NCBI GenBank assembly: GCA_020137815.1
Contig: CM035359.1
Location: 2,356,001-2,420,000, forward strand
DNA from: Hormiphora californensis
Taxonomy: Eukaryota > Animalia > Ctenophora
Direction of reading: 5' to 3'
DNA length: 64,000 bases
Shown piece after piece: positions 26,663 to 39,905 of the stretch. Numbering within the stretch: position 1 is the first letter of the stretch; each line of letters begins with the position of its first letter. The notes beneath the pieces were generated by a model that was not told the origin of the DNA, searched no databases, and saw only the letters and a program-made list of their open reading frames with translations. Both the position numbers and the translations under genes were made by a program.

Positions 26663-26982
26663 TAATATTTATATGTGCAGCTGTTATAGTAGCGATCTGT
26701 GCAGCCGCCACCTTAGTTAAGGACGTTATAACTATATTGCGAGAGCTGTTCACAAGAACTACATAATTGAGTCGCTTGACTGTCCGTACAATTCAACTAT
26801 CTAATGGACCGTAGCTATTCCTCCGAATATAAGTTGCGAAAGAGGGGAGAACTCTGAATAATTTTGAAAATCAAGATAGATGACTTTTATTTTAATCTAT
26901 TTTCTTTATCCTTCATGGGCAATCAACTAAATACATATGTGTAATTAATTAATTAATTTACTAATTCATTAATTATATTTAC

Positions 26983-27067
26983 CTTGTCCACGAGGATGCC
27001 GAGAGAATCCCACTTTGAGATGCTCGACCCGTTGGATCCGAAAGAAGGATGACAGTTCCCTCATCAT
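26983..27067 (-). CDS. Candidate alternative first coding exon of the GRAMD1-like gene
   Basis: MMRELSSFFRIQRVEHLKVGFSRHPRGQ ends G|GTAAAT in phase 1, matching the phase-1 acceptor at 23217. Confidence 0.45.
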
Positions 27068-27463
27068 ATATTACAGCTTTGAGAGCTTCTATATGGTTCT
27101 GATTTAGCAGTAAAGATCAAACACTGTTATATATTCCTCGATTCAGGTACAGAAATACAACTCAAAGCTTCCCGAAGTGGCCCTATAATAGTTCGAATAG
27201 GTATAAAAGTAAAGAGTGCTATAATGGAAGGTCAGTGAATCAGGTACGCACGTATAATAGCGATCTCGTAATTCAACAGTGTTCTAAGCGGACAAATTAC
27301 TTGGTGACGCAACAAGCAGTGCAGCAGCTATCGGCTCTCTGTCAGAGAGATTTTTTATCAGTTATTATATGAATATATCAAACAAGCATAATTTGATAAG
27401 GAGATAAGCTTTACGTGGGGTTAATTGGCGGTGTACTTTACAAGTTTTCAAGAACTAGATATA

Positions 27464-27635
27464 CAGTCGGACCCCGATTTAACGGCCCCCGATTTAGCGG
27501 CACCCCGATTTAACGGCAGCATAATCTTCCCCCGATATAGAAAATTAACAGTATTTAACCCCGATTTAGCGGACACCCCGATTTAACGGACAAAACCCTT
27601 TCCCCCAAGGGTGCCGTTAAATCGGGGTCCGACTG
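27464..27635. mobile_element. Tc1/mariner (pogo/Tigger-like) MITE
   Basis: TIR CAGTCGGACCCCGATTTAACGG..CCGTTAAATCGGGGTCCGACTG, TA TSD and internal CCCCGATTTA repeats. A degraded copy lies at about 30525-30607. Confidence 0.9.
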
Positions 27636-28782
27636 TACTATAGCACATGTAGAGGCAGATATAATGGAAGATATTCAAACGAGGTGAATTAATGTTTCAG
27701 CTGTAAATGCTCTTTTTCTATCTGACAGTGTCTAGCAAAGGTATGTATAAGGGTATAAGGGATAAGTTTGCACTTTGCAGGAGCACAAAATCAGGGTCCT
27801 ACAAGAGCACAAAATGGGGGGGGGGGTGGTGTGATTTTGGTAACATGATCCAAAAACTCCATGTCTATAATCATAATTTAAGTAATGGAGAGAGAACAAT
27901 TCCCAGTCATAATTGGAGGTCTTATCACAGCGCACGTGGTGAGTACACACATGAATTATACCCCGCCCTCTAGTCTAAGCTAGTACTAGTTCAACAGAAG
28001 TACACCACCCACCCTCTAGTATATCACATGAACACCTTGCACCCTCTGGTAAAATACAGGAACTTGGCACACGCAGGAACTTTATCACATGACAGATGAA
28101 TTATCAGTTGTAGCTAGTATATGGAAGCTGATGATATATATGGTACTGCGTTTGTATTTTTAGCACAGACTACCAAACCAGTAGTGATATTACTTCGCAT
28201 CAAAACCGGTTTGCGGAAGCGTATCGGTACTGCTTATGGTAGTACCGTAAAAACGCAACTGGTTTCACTAGTATACGGTTCTATACTGTCTACGGTGTCT
28301 AGTACATGTGTGTTTGTGTGCGTTCTTAAACTGAAATCGCATTCACAGAGCATTGTGAGTGTGAAAATATATAAGCCCCGACAACGATCTTTGCAATACT
28401 ATGTGATACCAATGCAATTATATGATGATGTATTGAAACCTAAGCCTCAAAACAATCGTGGTGGACTCACAATGACATCAACTATATTGTAGGATAAAGG
28501 TAAGATACACTACCAAAATAATTGTTTTACTGTATACGTGCTGGTGATTGGCGTAGGGTTTCCGAGAGGGTTTCACCCCCATGGAAATAAATCAGTGTAC
28601 GTACCCGTTCGAGGACATCGAAAACTCCATCAAGAAGCTTGGTTGGTTGCTGTGCCTGTTCCTGTTTACTCAGATAATTCTCAACCACATATTTCTGCAT
28701 CACCAAGGACAGATCGTCCCAAACTAAGATGCTCCTAACACCTGATCCCTGTTCAAAGGGTGGAGGCGAGAAAGTCCTGAAT

Positions 28783-30745
28783 TTACGTTCCACAAGATCT
28801 TGAGGTGGGATTGTGGGAGATGGCTGAGTTCGAGAAATCATAGTCAGGATGTTTCCAAGCTGTATCGTTTCTTTTTCTTCCTCGAAACGGGAGATAGCTT
28901 CCCGAGAACGTGCATGATGTATTGTAACCAGCTCTGTTTAGGTCTGTGACAGAGATCTGTTTAGTACAAAGACTTGCTCTGTAGATGTCTGACGAGTGTA
29001 ATTTAGTCTTGGTCGAGTTGGCGGAGGGACTTGTACTCCTTACTATAGGCCGTAAGTTCTCCTTGTAGAACGATTTCTGTCTTCTCCGTTTGTTGGGCGC
29101 TGACTTCCGTCCACTTTTCTGTTTCAAACCTTCCTTGCTTCCCTTACTATTCAGAGCTTTCTGTCGTAGCGGATCTGATCTTTGGAAGTTTGGTGATAAT
29201 GAACCAGACCTGCTACCCCGTTTTGTTTCTTTCGACTGCTTCTTCTTTGAACTTTTCCCAATGCTGGGCACTCTAACTCTGAGAGAGGGTGGTGTTGCCG
29301 GGGCCTTACTGGCACAACTTGCTGACAATCTAGGCAGCTTGTGAAGAATTGACTTCTGTTTGGACCTCTCCTTCTCCTCTGGAATGTTATACAGCACCGT
29401 ATCACGGGAAGATAATGATGAACTCGGGAAGGATCCGGTAAGATTTAGCACCTCACTCTGTAGTGAACCTCTCCTGTCACTGACTGGCGATGAAGAGGAA
29501 CTGGTGTAACTGTATGGTGAGTAACTATCCGAGGACTCGCTGCTCAACAAATCCAACAACTCCTCCTCACTGGAAGTGTAGCTACTGTTGTAACTATACA
29601 GTTCCTCACTTCTGGGCAGGGAACTATTTCCCGTTCTGGGCAGGGAACTACTTCCCTCACTTCTGGGTAGTGAACTACTACTAGTAGTAGATGATGATGA
29701 GGAATGCTCCTCACTCAGAATGGAGCTATACCGCTGTAGAGAACTAATCCTTCCTTCAGAGTTAGTGCCCGTTCGACTGCCGATGAAACTGTTTGATCTC
29801 GACACGGGGGTCCTTGCAACAGGAGGTTTTAGAACTTCACTTGTTGCTGTATTTGATCCTTCGCTGCTATCATTTAGTTCCCACTCGCCCGCCAGAGCCT
29901 GCCAAAGGTAGTCCTCCTCTTCCGGGTATCCCCACAATTCCTCGTCGATATCAACGTCGTTCTCGAGCCCTGCAAATTATAACTATGATGATATTTATAG
30001 TTTAGAATGATAATCATTTTCAAGATTCGAGAACCTGGATCATAAAATAATTTCCTAGCTCAACCAAGAGCTGATATCACTAAGTAAAAATATGGCTGCT
30101 AAATTATTAAATTCCAGTTGTTCTTACCTCTGACGACCCTCCAGGAAATATTAAGTGCTGCAACGGAAAGAGCCTGCTCTCTGATAACCCACTTATAGTA
30201 CCAATCGACAAAATTATCCTAAAATGAAGCTATAAACGTTCTGTATAATAATTAATGATTAATTAATTAATAATTAATATTTCATCATAATAAATTGCAT
30301 CATTTTGTGCAGCGTCAACGTATTGATCTGATCGTTGTCAGATATGGTCAAATCTATATCTATTGTTCTCTAACAAAGCTACGCATATTGTCTGCGTGTA
30401 TCAGTAAAACACATCAGTAAGATATGCAATACAGTGTGTTGTAACAATATATTAGTCTTTCTGATGAGTAAACGGATATAAACATATCCACCTAGCATAC
30501 ATATAGATAAATCCGACTGTAGCTACAGTCGGATTTGTCAGGACGCTCGGCCCGGTAAATTGAGGTACCCTTTATATCGGGGGCCGGTAAAAAGGGGGTC
30601 CGAGTGTATCTATATATCATACCTGTATCTCCGGTTTCTCCCGTGGTTTGTTAGTGCTCACTAGGCTCCGGTAATACGAGTTATACTGGAGTAGATTCTT
30701 CAGGAAGTTGGCCGAGGACCGATGGCCTAAAGATGAAGGTTCCAT
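28783..30745 (-). CDS. 3-exon Ser/Lys-rich, probably disordered protein of unknown function (nested gene or alternative isoform in the GRAMD1-like locus)
   Basis: Exons 30745-30623 (MEPSSLGHRS..KPEIQ|gtatga), 30218-30128 (DNFVDWYYKW..VVR|gtaaga) and 29969-28783 (open for about 395 codons). Phases are consistent. An overlapping ORF 28841-28527 suggests the true C-terminus may extend through a frameshift. Confidence 0.7.
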
Positions 30746-31741
30746 GATGATTGTGTCAGCAGACTCAGTGGCATGTTTCAGAGCTCAGCAACAATATATA
30801 TTGGCAGATAGAATAATGGCTCTAAAAATATGGGAAAACACACGAGATCTCTAAAGGTCACACAGCTTTAAATGTGAGCCAATTAAACTAATTATAAATT
30901 GGAAAAACGCCAAAATCGATGTGCAAAATATTTTGAACTGGAGGTCTCGTTGTGCGGTAAATAAGGTTTGAGCAAGTCAAAGAATTGTACAACATTCAAT
31001 AAACAGTACACAAACAGATATGTATGAAAATACCTAAAAGTTGAGACTCAAGCTAATAGAGAGATACGTAGAATCTGCCATAAACCTCAATTTTGCTAAA
31101 GTTAATTGAGACAATATTGAGGTTTAAATCCCATAGACCCAAGATGAAGTGGAAGGAAAAAAAAGCAACAGAAATTAACCGGTGAAACACAAAATATGTG
31201 CTTGTGCTTGGTATTGGTACTTCCATGTGTAAACATGTTGCGGCAGCGATCACGGGCTTACTACAATTTGGTAAACGATTTAACAAGAATTGCTAAACTG
31301 ATGGATGGTTATAACTATCGATAAGATAAATATATATGCTACTAGTATCAGAATACTGATAAAAGCAAAACAACTAATTTCTACACCTGTTTGCTTTCAC
31401 ATTTAGATCTTGACATGTCTACAGATGGTCTCCCATACACAATATAATGGCGGTATAACGTCATTATGTGTGGGGACAGAGCTATAATACTGCGTCAACT
31501 GATGTTTTGCCTGGCTAGACTGTGTTTCGGGCGCCCCGCCCCCGAATCACCTTTTACAAATGTAAAGGGAGGGTTAGAACAATAACAACTGATGTTGTGA
31601 TGTGTGATGTGTGAGACGATAAAAAGTAAATACGTAGTCAGATTCAAATTCAACAATCTTCGAGTTTGAAACAGCAACAAATAAAAATTCTACCCGGTAT
31701 ATTTTGTGTTCTGTTAATTTCATAATTAAGTGGGTACTCAC

Positions 31742-31990
31742 CGTGTTTCCAAATAGAGTGATGGCGTCTATACTCTTCCGGCGCATTCTGTGTATTTTCC
31801 TCCTGTTACCATGATGGTTACCATGGTTACCAAGATGGTTACCATAGTGATCATGATGGGTGTCTAGGGACGAGGACCTTTTATACCGGGACAGGGGATC
31901 CCCATCGCCATTCTCCAAGGGAGAGGGACTTAAAGACATTCTTCGATCGTTGGTCAAACAGTTAGAGCATCTTCCTTTTATAATAGCCAT
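31742..31990 (-). CDS. Candidate coding exon (His/Arg-rich) in the minus-strand locus
   Basis: MAIIKGRC..RRKSIDAITLFGNT ends at a strong donor ACG|GTGAGT in phase 0, compatible with the acceptors at 30218 or 21497. Confidence 0.5.
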
Positions 31991-32784
31991 TCATCTGCAT
32001 ATAGGTCTATGAGAAATGAAGCAGTAAAATAATTTTCGGGTATGGAGTAATAAGCTAGCTGATTTATTCTAAGAAAATGACGTTGATTCATTCAAAGAAA
32101 ATGACGAAATCGAAGGAATGCTAAAGTGTTTTCGAATTCTACGACTTATGAATTATCGACTTGTTTTTGAGTGACCTACTCGTGTCATCAATAATCAATA
32201 ATGGTGCACGTAACTCAAAAAGCAGAAACATTGACAGTGCTCCTGATCTCAAAGACATTTTAAATTTTGCAGAGGGACAAGATTCAGAAAGTAAAAAGAA
32301 TTAAATATAACGCATAGCAAAGAAATGCATTCATGACAGGCTAGATATGATTTAAAAACGGGATAATTTTCTTAAACACATTATAACATAATTTATATAT
32401 ATAACGAACCACACGACAGTTTTATAGCGAATCCGGGACTTGTTTCTTTATTGTGTAAAATTCATCGCCATGTATGAGACCAGGTTCAATGGAGAAAAGA
32501 CCCAGGCTTGAACTTGTACACAAGAGGAGTTTATTTTGCGGGCCATACTTTGGGCCATACTCTGGTGCACCTTATTATGTCCTAACCCTCCCCGGAGCTC
32601 GCGAAAGGGGGTCGAGCTAGGCGTGGTGCATTACATGTGTGAACACCATTTCTATTTGTAGAAAAATATAAGGATCGCTTTGACACCTGTGGGTCAATCT
32701 CGAAGGGAACAATGCAATATATATATAGTACAGAGAAGAAAGGGATACTGCGAAGAGTGAGAGAGAAGTAGAGAGAGGAGCGAG

Positions 32785-32821
<37 letters not shown>

Positions 32822-32895
32822 CGAGAGGAGAGGAGAGAGAAGAGAGAAGAGAGGGAGAGAGAGAGGAAGAGAGGGAGATAGAGAGAGGAGAGAGA

Positions 32896-32927
<32 letters not shown>

Positions 32928-33005
32928 AGAGGAGAGATAGAGAGAGAGAGGAAGAGAGACGAGAGAGATAGAGAGAGAGAGAGAGAAGAAAGAGAGGAGA
33001 GAGAG

Positions 33006-33061
<56 letters not shown>

Positions 33062-33423
33062 GGATAGAGAGAGATTTGCTTGATTGACAGGGATTATTAT
33101 TTGTCCAAATGTCCAATATATCTACCCCCAAGTGAACTATACGCCCTACAATAGACTTCCCTCAATATTGATATCGTATTGCGACCCTCGGAAGTTTCAA
33201 AACCTCCGAATACCGTAAGACCTATCATATAGCAACGAAGAAGAAACCCCAAAAAAGATGGATTACCCGCTGACTACAATCTAATTGCGATCTCCTAGGG
33301 ACAAGGATTGGGCTGCTCCCCTTTAATAAAAGTTATAATTTAAAAGTGCTCTACGTACGCACTAAAGGGTTGTTGAAGAGGTCTCAGTCAGGTCGGCACT
33401 GTCCGTTAGTTAACACCTCTCTC

Positions 33424-33488
<65 letters not shown>

Positions 33489-34117
33489 TAAAATCGCATA
33501 ATTGAGAAACTAATGGCAGAATCTCGATACATTAGCCATTTGTAAAGCGTCTCCTGACTGACCACATACCGATCTACAATCGGTGGGAACCTATTAAAAC
33601 GGAACCAATTTATCATGATTTACAACATCATCAGTTATTTTTAAAGTTCGAACGGTCCAACTACCGTCAATTGATTGGTTCAATAAAACAAGATAATTAC
33701 TAAATGGCTGAACTAATACAAATCAAGGCCGAAGCCCGAATTGCATCGACTAGTAACCAATCTAATAAGTATCATGTTCCACATGACATTTGATAGGTTT
33801 ATTTCTGAGAAAAGCTGCTGGCAACAAGTGCCGTCTTTCAAGTAAAATTCTTTCAAGAACAATGCAACTCTTAGGAAAGATTTACAAAGCTTGCACAGCA
33901 GATTTAGTAAGGAGTGGTTCATCGCTGGACCAAACTGTCATCTAACTACCAAAAATGGCTAATTCACAACTTGCAGCACGTCGCTGTCGAAATGGTACCA
34001 CCCCAGAGATTTAAAGTGACATATATATTGAGAATGACGATTTGCATAGACTGTCAGAATGAAAAAATAAAACTCAGAAGTTAATGCTCTTTTCGCTCCC
34101 AAGTCAAAATTAACTCA

Positions 34118-34641
34118 CCTTTCATTCTTAATGCTGCCTGCTGATTCCAAATGCAAAAAAGAGGAATATTCTAAGAAAGAATTTCGAAAACTCACAGAGT
34201 ATTGATTTGCAAGATCCCGATATAGTTCAGGGGGGATCCAATTTGGGGTGGAGGGAAGGGATTCATATTGTGTAGATCTCAAACTTGGAGGACTGGGTAA
34301 TTGACTGTGAAACAATAAGAATGTCAATAAATAAAAAAAGGTACGTACTGGCATATTCAATAATAATCAGTCACAAGGCAAAAAGGCACTAGGGTCTAGA
34401 CATTATTTCTCAACTCAAAATACCCTAAATTTCTAGTTTGAAGAGTAATTACTAATTACTGCAGTCGGAGGTAACTACTAATTACTAATTATGTCTCAGT
34501 ATAATACCTGCTGGTTAGATGACTGGATGAGGAAGCATCGTTGTCGTGTACTAGTGGGTGAAGGTTCATGAAGGACAGAGATTTCCGGATATTCTTCAGA
34601 GTTTTGCTACCCTTATGACTACTCCGACTAGTCACAGTCAT
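34118..34641 (-). CDS. Two candidate coding exons (34641-34508, 34304-34118)
   Basis: MTVTSRSSHKGSKTLKNIRKSLSF..AG|GTATTA joins in phase 2 to TTTCACAG|T QLPSPPSLRS..KNE AG|GTGAGT. The downstream partner is not resolved. Confidence 0.45.
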
Positions 34642-36002
34642 AGCTTTGTTGTTCTCAACAAGTCATGATCCCCACACATAAACAAGAACGCGTGTGTACG
34701 AAGTGAGCGATATGTAAGCGTGGTGGGTGAGAGTGAGAGAGCGTCTGGCGAACATTAACAACCGGATACCGAAAAAGCGGATATCAACTTATTATCTGCC
34801 GTTCCTCAAGGAAACTGGCTTTTTTTAAGAAGCTGGGTTTTTTTAATCTCCACCTTGATGAGATTATGATCAAAGTATGATATGCGTGTGCCAATGAATC
34901 AAATGAATTTGAAAATGAACCTAGTCCCGCTTGTAATATTGGTCTTATCAGGTCAAATTAAACCCCATACTCCTAGCCAGTCCTATTTTATTTAATAAAA
35001 TATTTTAATTTTTAGAACACCAATGAATGATAGGAGTGCATCCAATAATTTACCAGAATTTCTAGAAGCGGAGCCACCTCATTTTCGAATTTCGGGTCGT
35101 TCGAGTTATAACCTAAGAACTTCAAACTGGGACTGTCTTATCTATTGAACCCTATCAGTTTCACTTCACTCACTTTAGTGCACCTCTCTCTTAACTTTAT
35201 CCTGAGAGAGAAGAGAGAGACCAGAGAAAGAGGGAGAGGAGAGACAGAAAGAGAGACAGAGAGAGAGAGTGTGTATGGATTGTGTACTTTAGACACATTG
35301 TACATTACACACACACCTGGTGGGCATACTGCACTCTGTCTCCGCTGCTAGTAAAAGAGAAGATAGAGATGAGATAGGAAGGATTAGAGATAGAGATAGA
35401 ATAGAGATAGAGAGATAGAGATAGAGATAGAATAGAGATAAGAATAGAGATCGAGATAGACGAAGAGATAGAGATAGAGATAGTAGATAGAAATAGAGAT
35501 TAGAGATGGTAGAGTAAATTAAAAACAGTGTTAGACAATACTTCTTTGTTTTAACAATTTTATTTTTCCCACATCCCTCACAACTCGAGGGAGGGCGAGG
35601 ATAGAGCAAATAATCGGGAAAAAAAGAATCCATGAGTCCTATAGAAGAGAAGAGAAGAGAGAGAGAGGAGAAGAGAATGAGGATAAAGTGGAGAAGAAAG
35701 AGAGAGAGAAGAAAGAGAGGAGAGATGACGAGAGAGAGAGAGGAAGGAGCGAGAGCAGACGAGAAAGAGGAGCGCAGAGAGAGAAGGAGAGAGAGGAGAG
35801 AGAAGGAGAGAGGAACGAGAGGAGAAGAGGAGAGAGAGAGAGGAGGAGAGAGAGAGATAAGAGACGAGAAGAGAGAGAGAGAGAGAGCGAGAAAGAGAGA
35901 GCGAGATCGAGCCGAAGAGCGCCTCACTGGCGTGTTAGAGCGCGCCTCTGCTAGGTCGATTCTCGCGCTCTCTCTATCTTCATAGCTCGCCATCTCTCTC
36001 TC

Positions 36003-36045
<43 letters not shown>

Positions 36046-37008
36046 TTCTTTCGACTTATAGGGAGTTAGTAATTAGTACAAAATGATGTTGGAGACAAAA
36101 TTTAAGGATATGCGAATCGGAGTAGTAGAGGGAATGATGAAATATGATTAGAGAAGGACAGAGTAAAATTCTAAAATGCATAAGAATTTACGATGAGTGG
36201 GGGTTAAGCTATGATAGCTCACAATGCATTTCATAAAACTTATCGAAACCCGGGTATTTTGCAATCTTTTTTGAAATGGATACTTGTGTAGGGAACATAT
36301 GGACGTAGCGCACATTTCAAACTAAAAAATAAAAAAACAAAAGATAAAGTTGAAAAGATTAACATAAAAAGATGAGTTACTACAACCACGTACAGTTGCT
36401 GACTGATAAAGAGAAGTGAGTGGGGAGAGCGGGGGAGAGATATGTTAAATAAAAAAGTGGAGGAGATGAGTGAAATTGATATATGTTTGTATGTTCCGGG
36501 CTATATTAAAAGTACATGTTTTATTGGCACCATGTCACCCTAGTACAAAACAAATTGTGTGTAGTAATCAGGACATAATTTTAGTTTTCGAAGATTTAAA
36601 GGAGATTGAGAACATAGGCAGAGGAAATAAAGGACACTAGAACAGAGACAGGATAGAGAATTGACGAAACATGCACAGGAGAATCTTGGACTTTCTTTGT
36701 TATGGTAAAAAACTAGCCCAGATTGGGTCTGATTATCATACTATTCATTGGTCACTAGGCACACTTTCTTCGATTTTCTTCTCTATTCTTTTTTCTTTCG
36801 GCCGTACTTCTACTCTCCCGCAGTACTTTCAATCTTTTGCATTTCACATGAACACACACACAGCGTGCCACCTACGTGAATATTTCATTCATTTACCAGA
36901 TCAGCATTGCAACCATCATCAACCCCACATACACATACCCCTTTAATATATTCATACGAACAGACAAATATTTTATCAAACCAACAGACAAACCAACAGA
37001 CACAAACA

Positions 37009-37048
<40 letters not shown>

Positions 37049-37989
37049 TTTTGAATTTCCGTCAGAAATTTCAACAGGTGTCTTCAACTTACTATTTGGT
37101 GATGGAGAAAGGGGAATTGAGTTTTTTGAAAGTTACCAGATGTATGAGAGAATGAGAGGTGGGGCATATATTATCTTACTAGAATAAACCTTACATGCAT
37201 ATAGTTTTCATTTTACTACTCAGCTCACACTACGAGATAGTGGAGAAGAAGAGAGAGAGAGATGAGAGAGAGATGAGAGGGATGGAGAGGCAGAGGATCG
37301 AGGGGAGAGAGAGAGACAGAGAGAGAGGACAGAGAGAGACAGAGAGAGAATACACAAATGCAGCTGTTCTAATCACTAATAAGCTGATGTAAACTAAAAT
37401 ATGTTGTGGAGGAGTAGTGTTGTAGAGAAGTTTTTGAGAAAACGTTTTTAAAGGAAATACAGAAAAATTCAAATTCTCATTATAAATTCAGATTTTTAGA
37501 AAATGCAGATTTTCAAAATATATTGTAGTGCACACTAAACGATTCTCAACATGAACCTAATAAATAGACTTTTGACAGGAGGCGTGAAAAACAGGACAAG
37601 GCAGGAAGGGCGAGGTAGAACCACCTGAGGGAGAGCGGGGATGGAGAGGGCGGGTAGGAGGGAGGAGGGCCGGGGACCTAGGCGAGGCGGGGCGAGGGAG
37701 GACGGGGGAGGGAGGTCGGGGAGGGGGTGGGGGGGGAGGAGCGGAGGGAGGGGGAGGAAGGGGGGGGGGTTATAACAAACACACCTGTCTTAACTAAATT
37801 ATATACTCTCGTGTAATATGTGATGATTCTAAATTCCAAACTCCTCTCCCTCTTTCTCGGTGAGATATGTGATGAATTTCCAACCATCATACATCTCTTC
37901 CATCTTTCTCAGTTTCTCGGTGATCTTACTCCCTCTTCCTTGGGGATCTCTCCTGGTTATCCGATTTCCATGCCCCCTGATCATGCATC

Positions 37990-38098
37990 CTCTCTCTCAA
38001 GATCATCTCTCAAGATCCTCTCTCAAGATCATCTCTCAAGATCATCTCTCAAGATCCTCTCTCAAGATCCTCTCTCTCAAGATCCTCTCTCAAGATCC
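37990..38098. repeat. ~13-15 bp tandem repeat (CTCTCAAGATCCT)
   Basis: About 8 units. Confidence 0.85.
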
Positions 38099-39315
38099 TG
38101 CGGGATGGTAATTACAGGCGAACTGTCATGACAATTCGGCTGTAACCATAATACTTGTTTGAAGCGGTGTCGCTAATATTCTTGAAAAAACGGATGGAGC
38201 ATTACTGATTCCAACAGCAGTGTTTACTAAATATTATCCTCCATAATAATAACACAATCTCATTACATCTCACCGTGTCTACCCGTAGGGAGGATTTTGA
38301 TCACACAGGTACCGAGAATGAGAGCACTAAAGTAGTGTACCTTAGCGAAACCTTCTCACATATCCCCAACCCGCTTTTTCCCTATCTCCAATAATAGCAA
38401 GAGATAAGATGATGGGTGCGTGCCTGATAGCATAGAGCTTCTAGATACTAGTACGCTCTCTCTCTGAGCTCTCGAGCTCTTACTTCACAACCGCACCAAA
38501 GAACAATGGTTGTGTCCGCACTCCGCACGTTGCTCCGGGCACCCGCAATTTCGTCATACAGCGGCCCTGCCTTTGAGACAGTGCCTCTCTCTCTACCCCC
38601 AACCCCCTGATCCCATTATGGTCATAGAAACTCATTATAGATTTCGACGATATATTATATCTCTCCCTCTTGATCTATAGTCCATATATTATTATTCTAT
38701 CTCACTCGGGTATCGTTTGTTAAGACGTTACCATTAGAGCCCGTAATGCAAAAACCGTATTTAGATTACCGATTTGTCCATCCAAAAACCAATTAACATA
38801 AATAGTTGGATGCCCGGGCCAGTGGTGTCACGGGAGGTAACACCTTAGACTACATGACATAATTAACGGCATATTCGTTAATTGTTAATTGTTATCCTTC
38901 ATCTGTCTATCTTTATCTATCTTCTCTCTCACTCTCCTCACTCTCTCTCTCTCTCACACAATATTCTCTCTATCTCTCTGCTCTCTCTCTCTCTCTCTCT
39001 CCTCTTCTTTCTCTCTCAACTTTCTATTACTATATCTTCTCTCTGTTTTCTCTTCTAATTATCTCTCCGTCTTTCTTGATTAATCTCACCCTTTCTATCC
39101 TAATTTCTCTGGCTATTATCTTCCTCATATCCATCATTTATGGACAGTTATAGCCTAAAGGTGTTCCCCCGTGACCCACATGGGCCCGGGCATCCCAAAC
39201 TAATTATTTAATTGGTTTGGACTACAAATTTCTGTGCTTTTGGTGTAAAAGAGAAAAAGCTATTTGTTGTAGGAACTTTTTCTGATTTCTGACATATTTT
39301 CAAATTTGAATAATT

Positions 39316-39905
39316 CATAAATATGCGAATAACGATATAAACGGTGAGGAGATACGACTTTTTGTCCGGCGGGACGACCCCCCATAAATCGACTATTCTG
39401 CGCGGAATATGCCCATTATGGAAAACGTTCTAGGACCATCCGAAGTGGAAAATATTAAGATAGCATTAAATCATGAATCGGTGCACTGTAAATATGCAAA
39501 AACGGCTGATAACGGTGCGGATGGAGATTTTGGTCCCGAGTAAGACCCACCATAATCGAAGGATTTTGCGTTCAAATATGTCCATAAAAAACCGTTTCTG
39601 ACCAGCTGAACTGGAAATATTCAGAATATGCATTGAAATTATGAAGTCCGCATAAATATGCAATAAAACGGCTTAAACGGTGCGAGATACAACTTTTGTT
39701 ACGGGGAGAAACCCCCATAAATCGACTACTTTGCGTCGAAATATGTCCTGAAAAACGTTCTAGGACCAGCCCGAAGTGACAATATATGAATAATATGATA
39801 AAAATGTGAATAGGTGCATAAATATGCAAATGACGGCTTAAACGGTGCGAGATAGAGATTTTTTGTTACCCGTAGTAAGACCCCCCATAACCGACCATTC
39901 CCGTC
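39316..39905. repeat. ~165-172 bp tandem repeat x3.5 (satellite or transposon subterminal array)
   Basis: (C/G)(A)TAAATATGC..AAACGGTG(C/A)G..CCCCCATAA..CGAC..AAAACGTTCT units starting at about 39316, 39488, 39651 and 39817. Confidence 0.8.
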
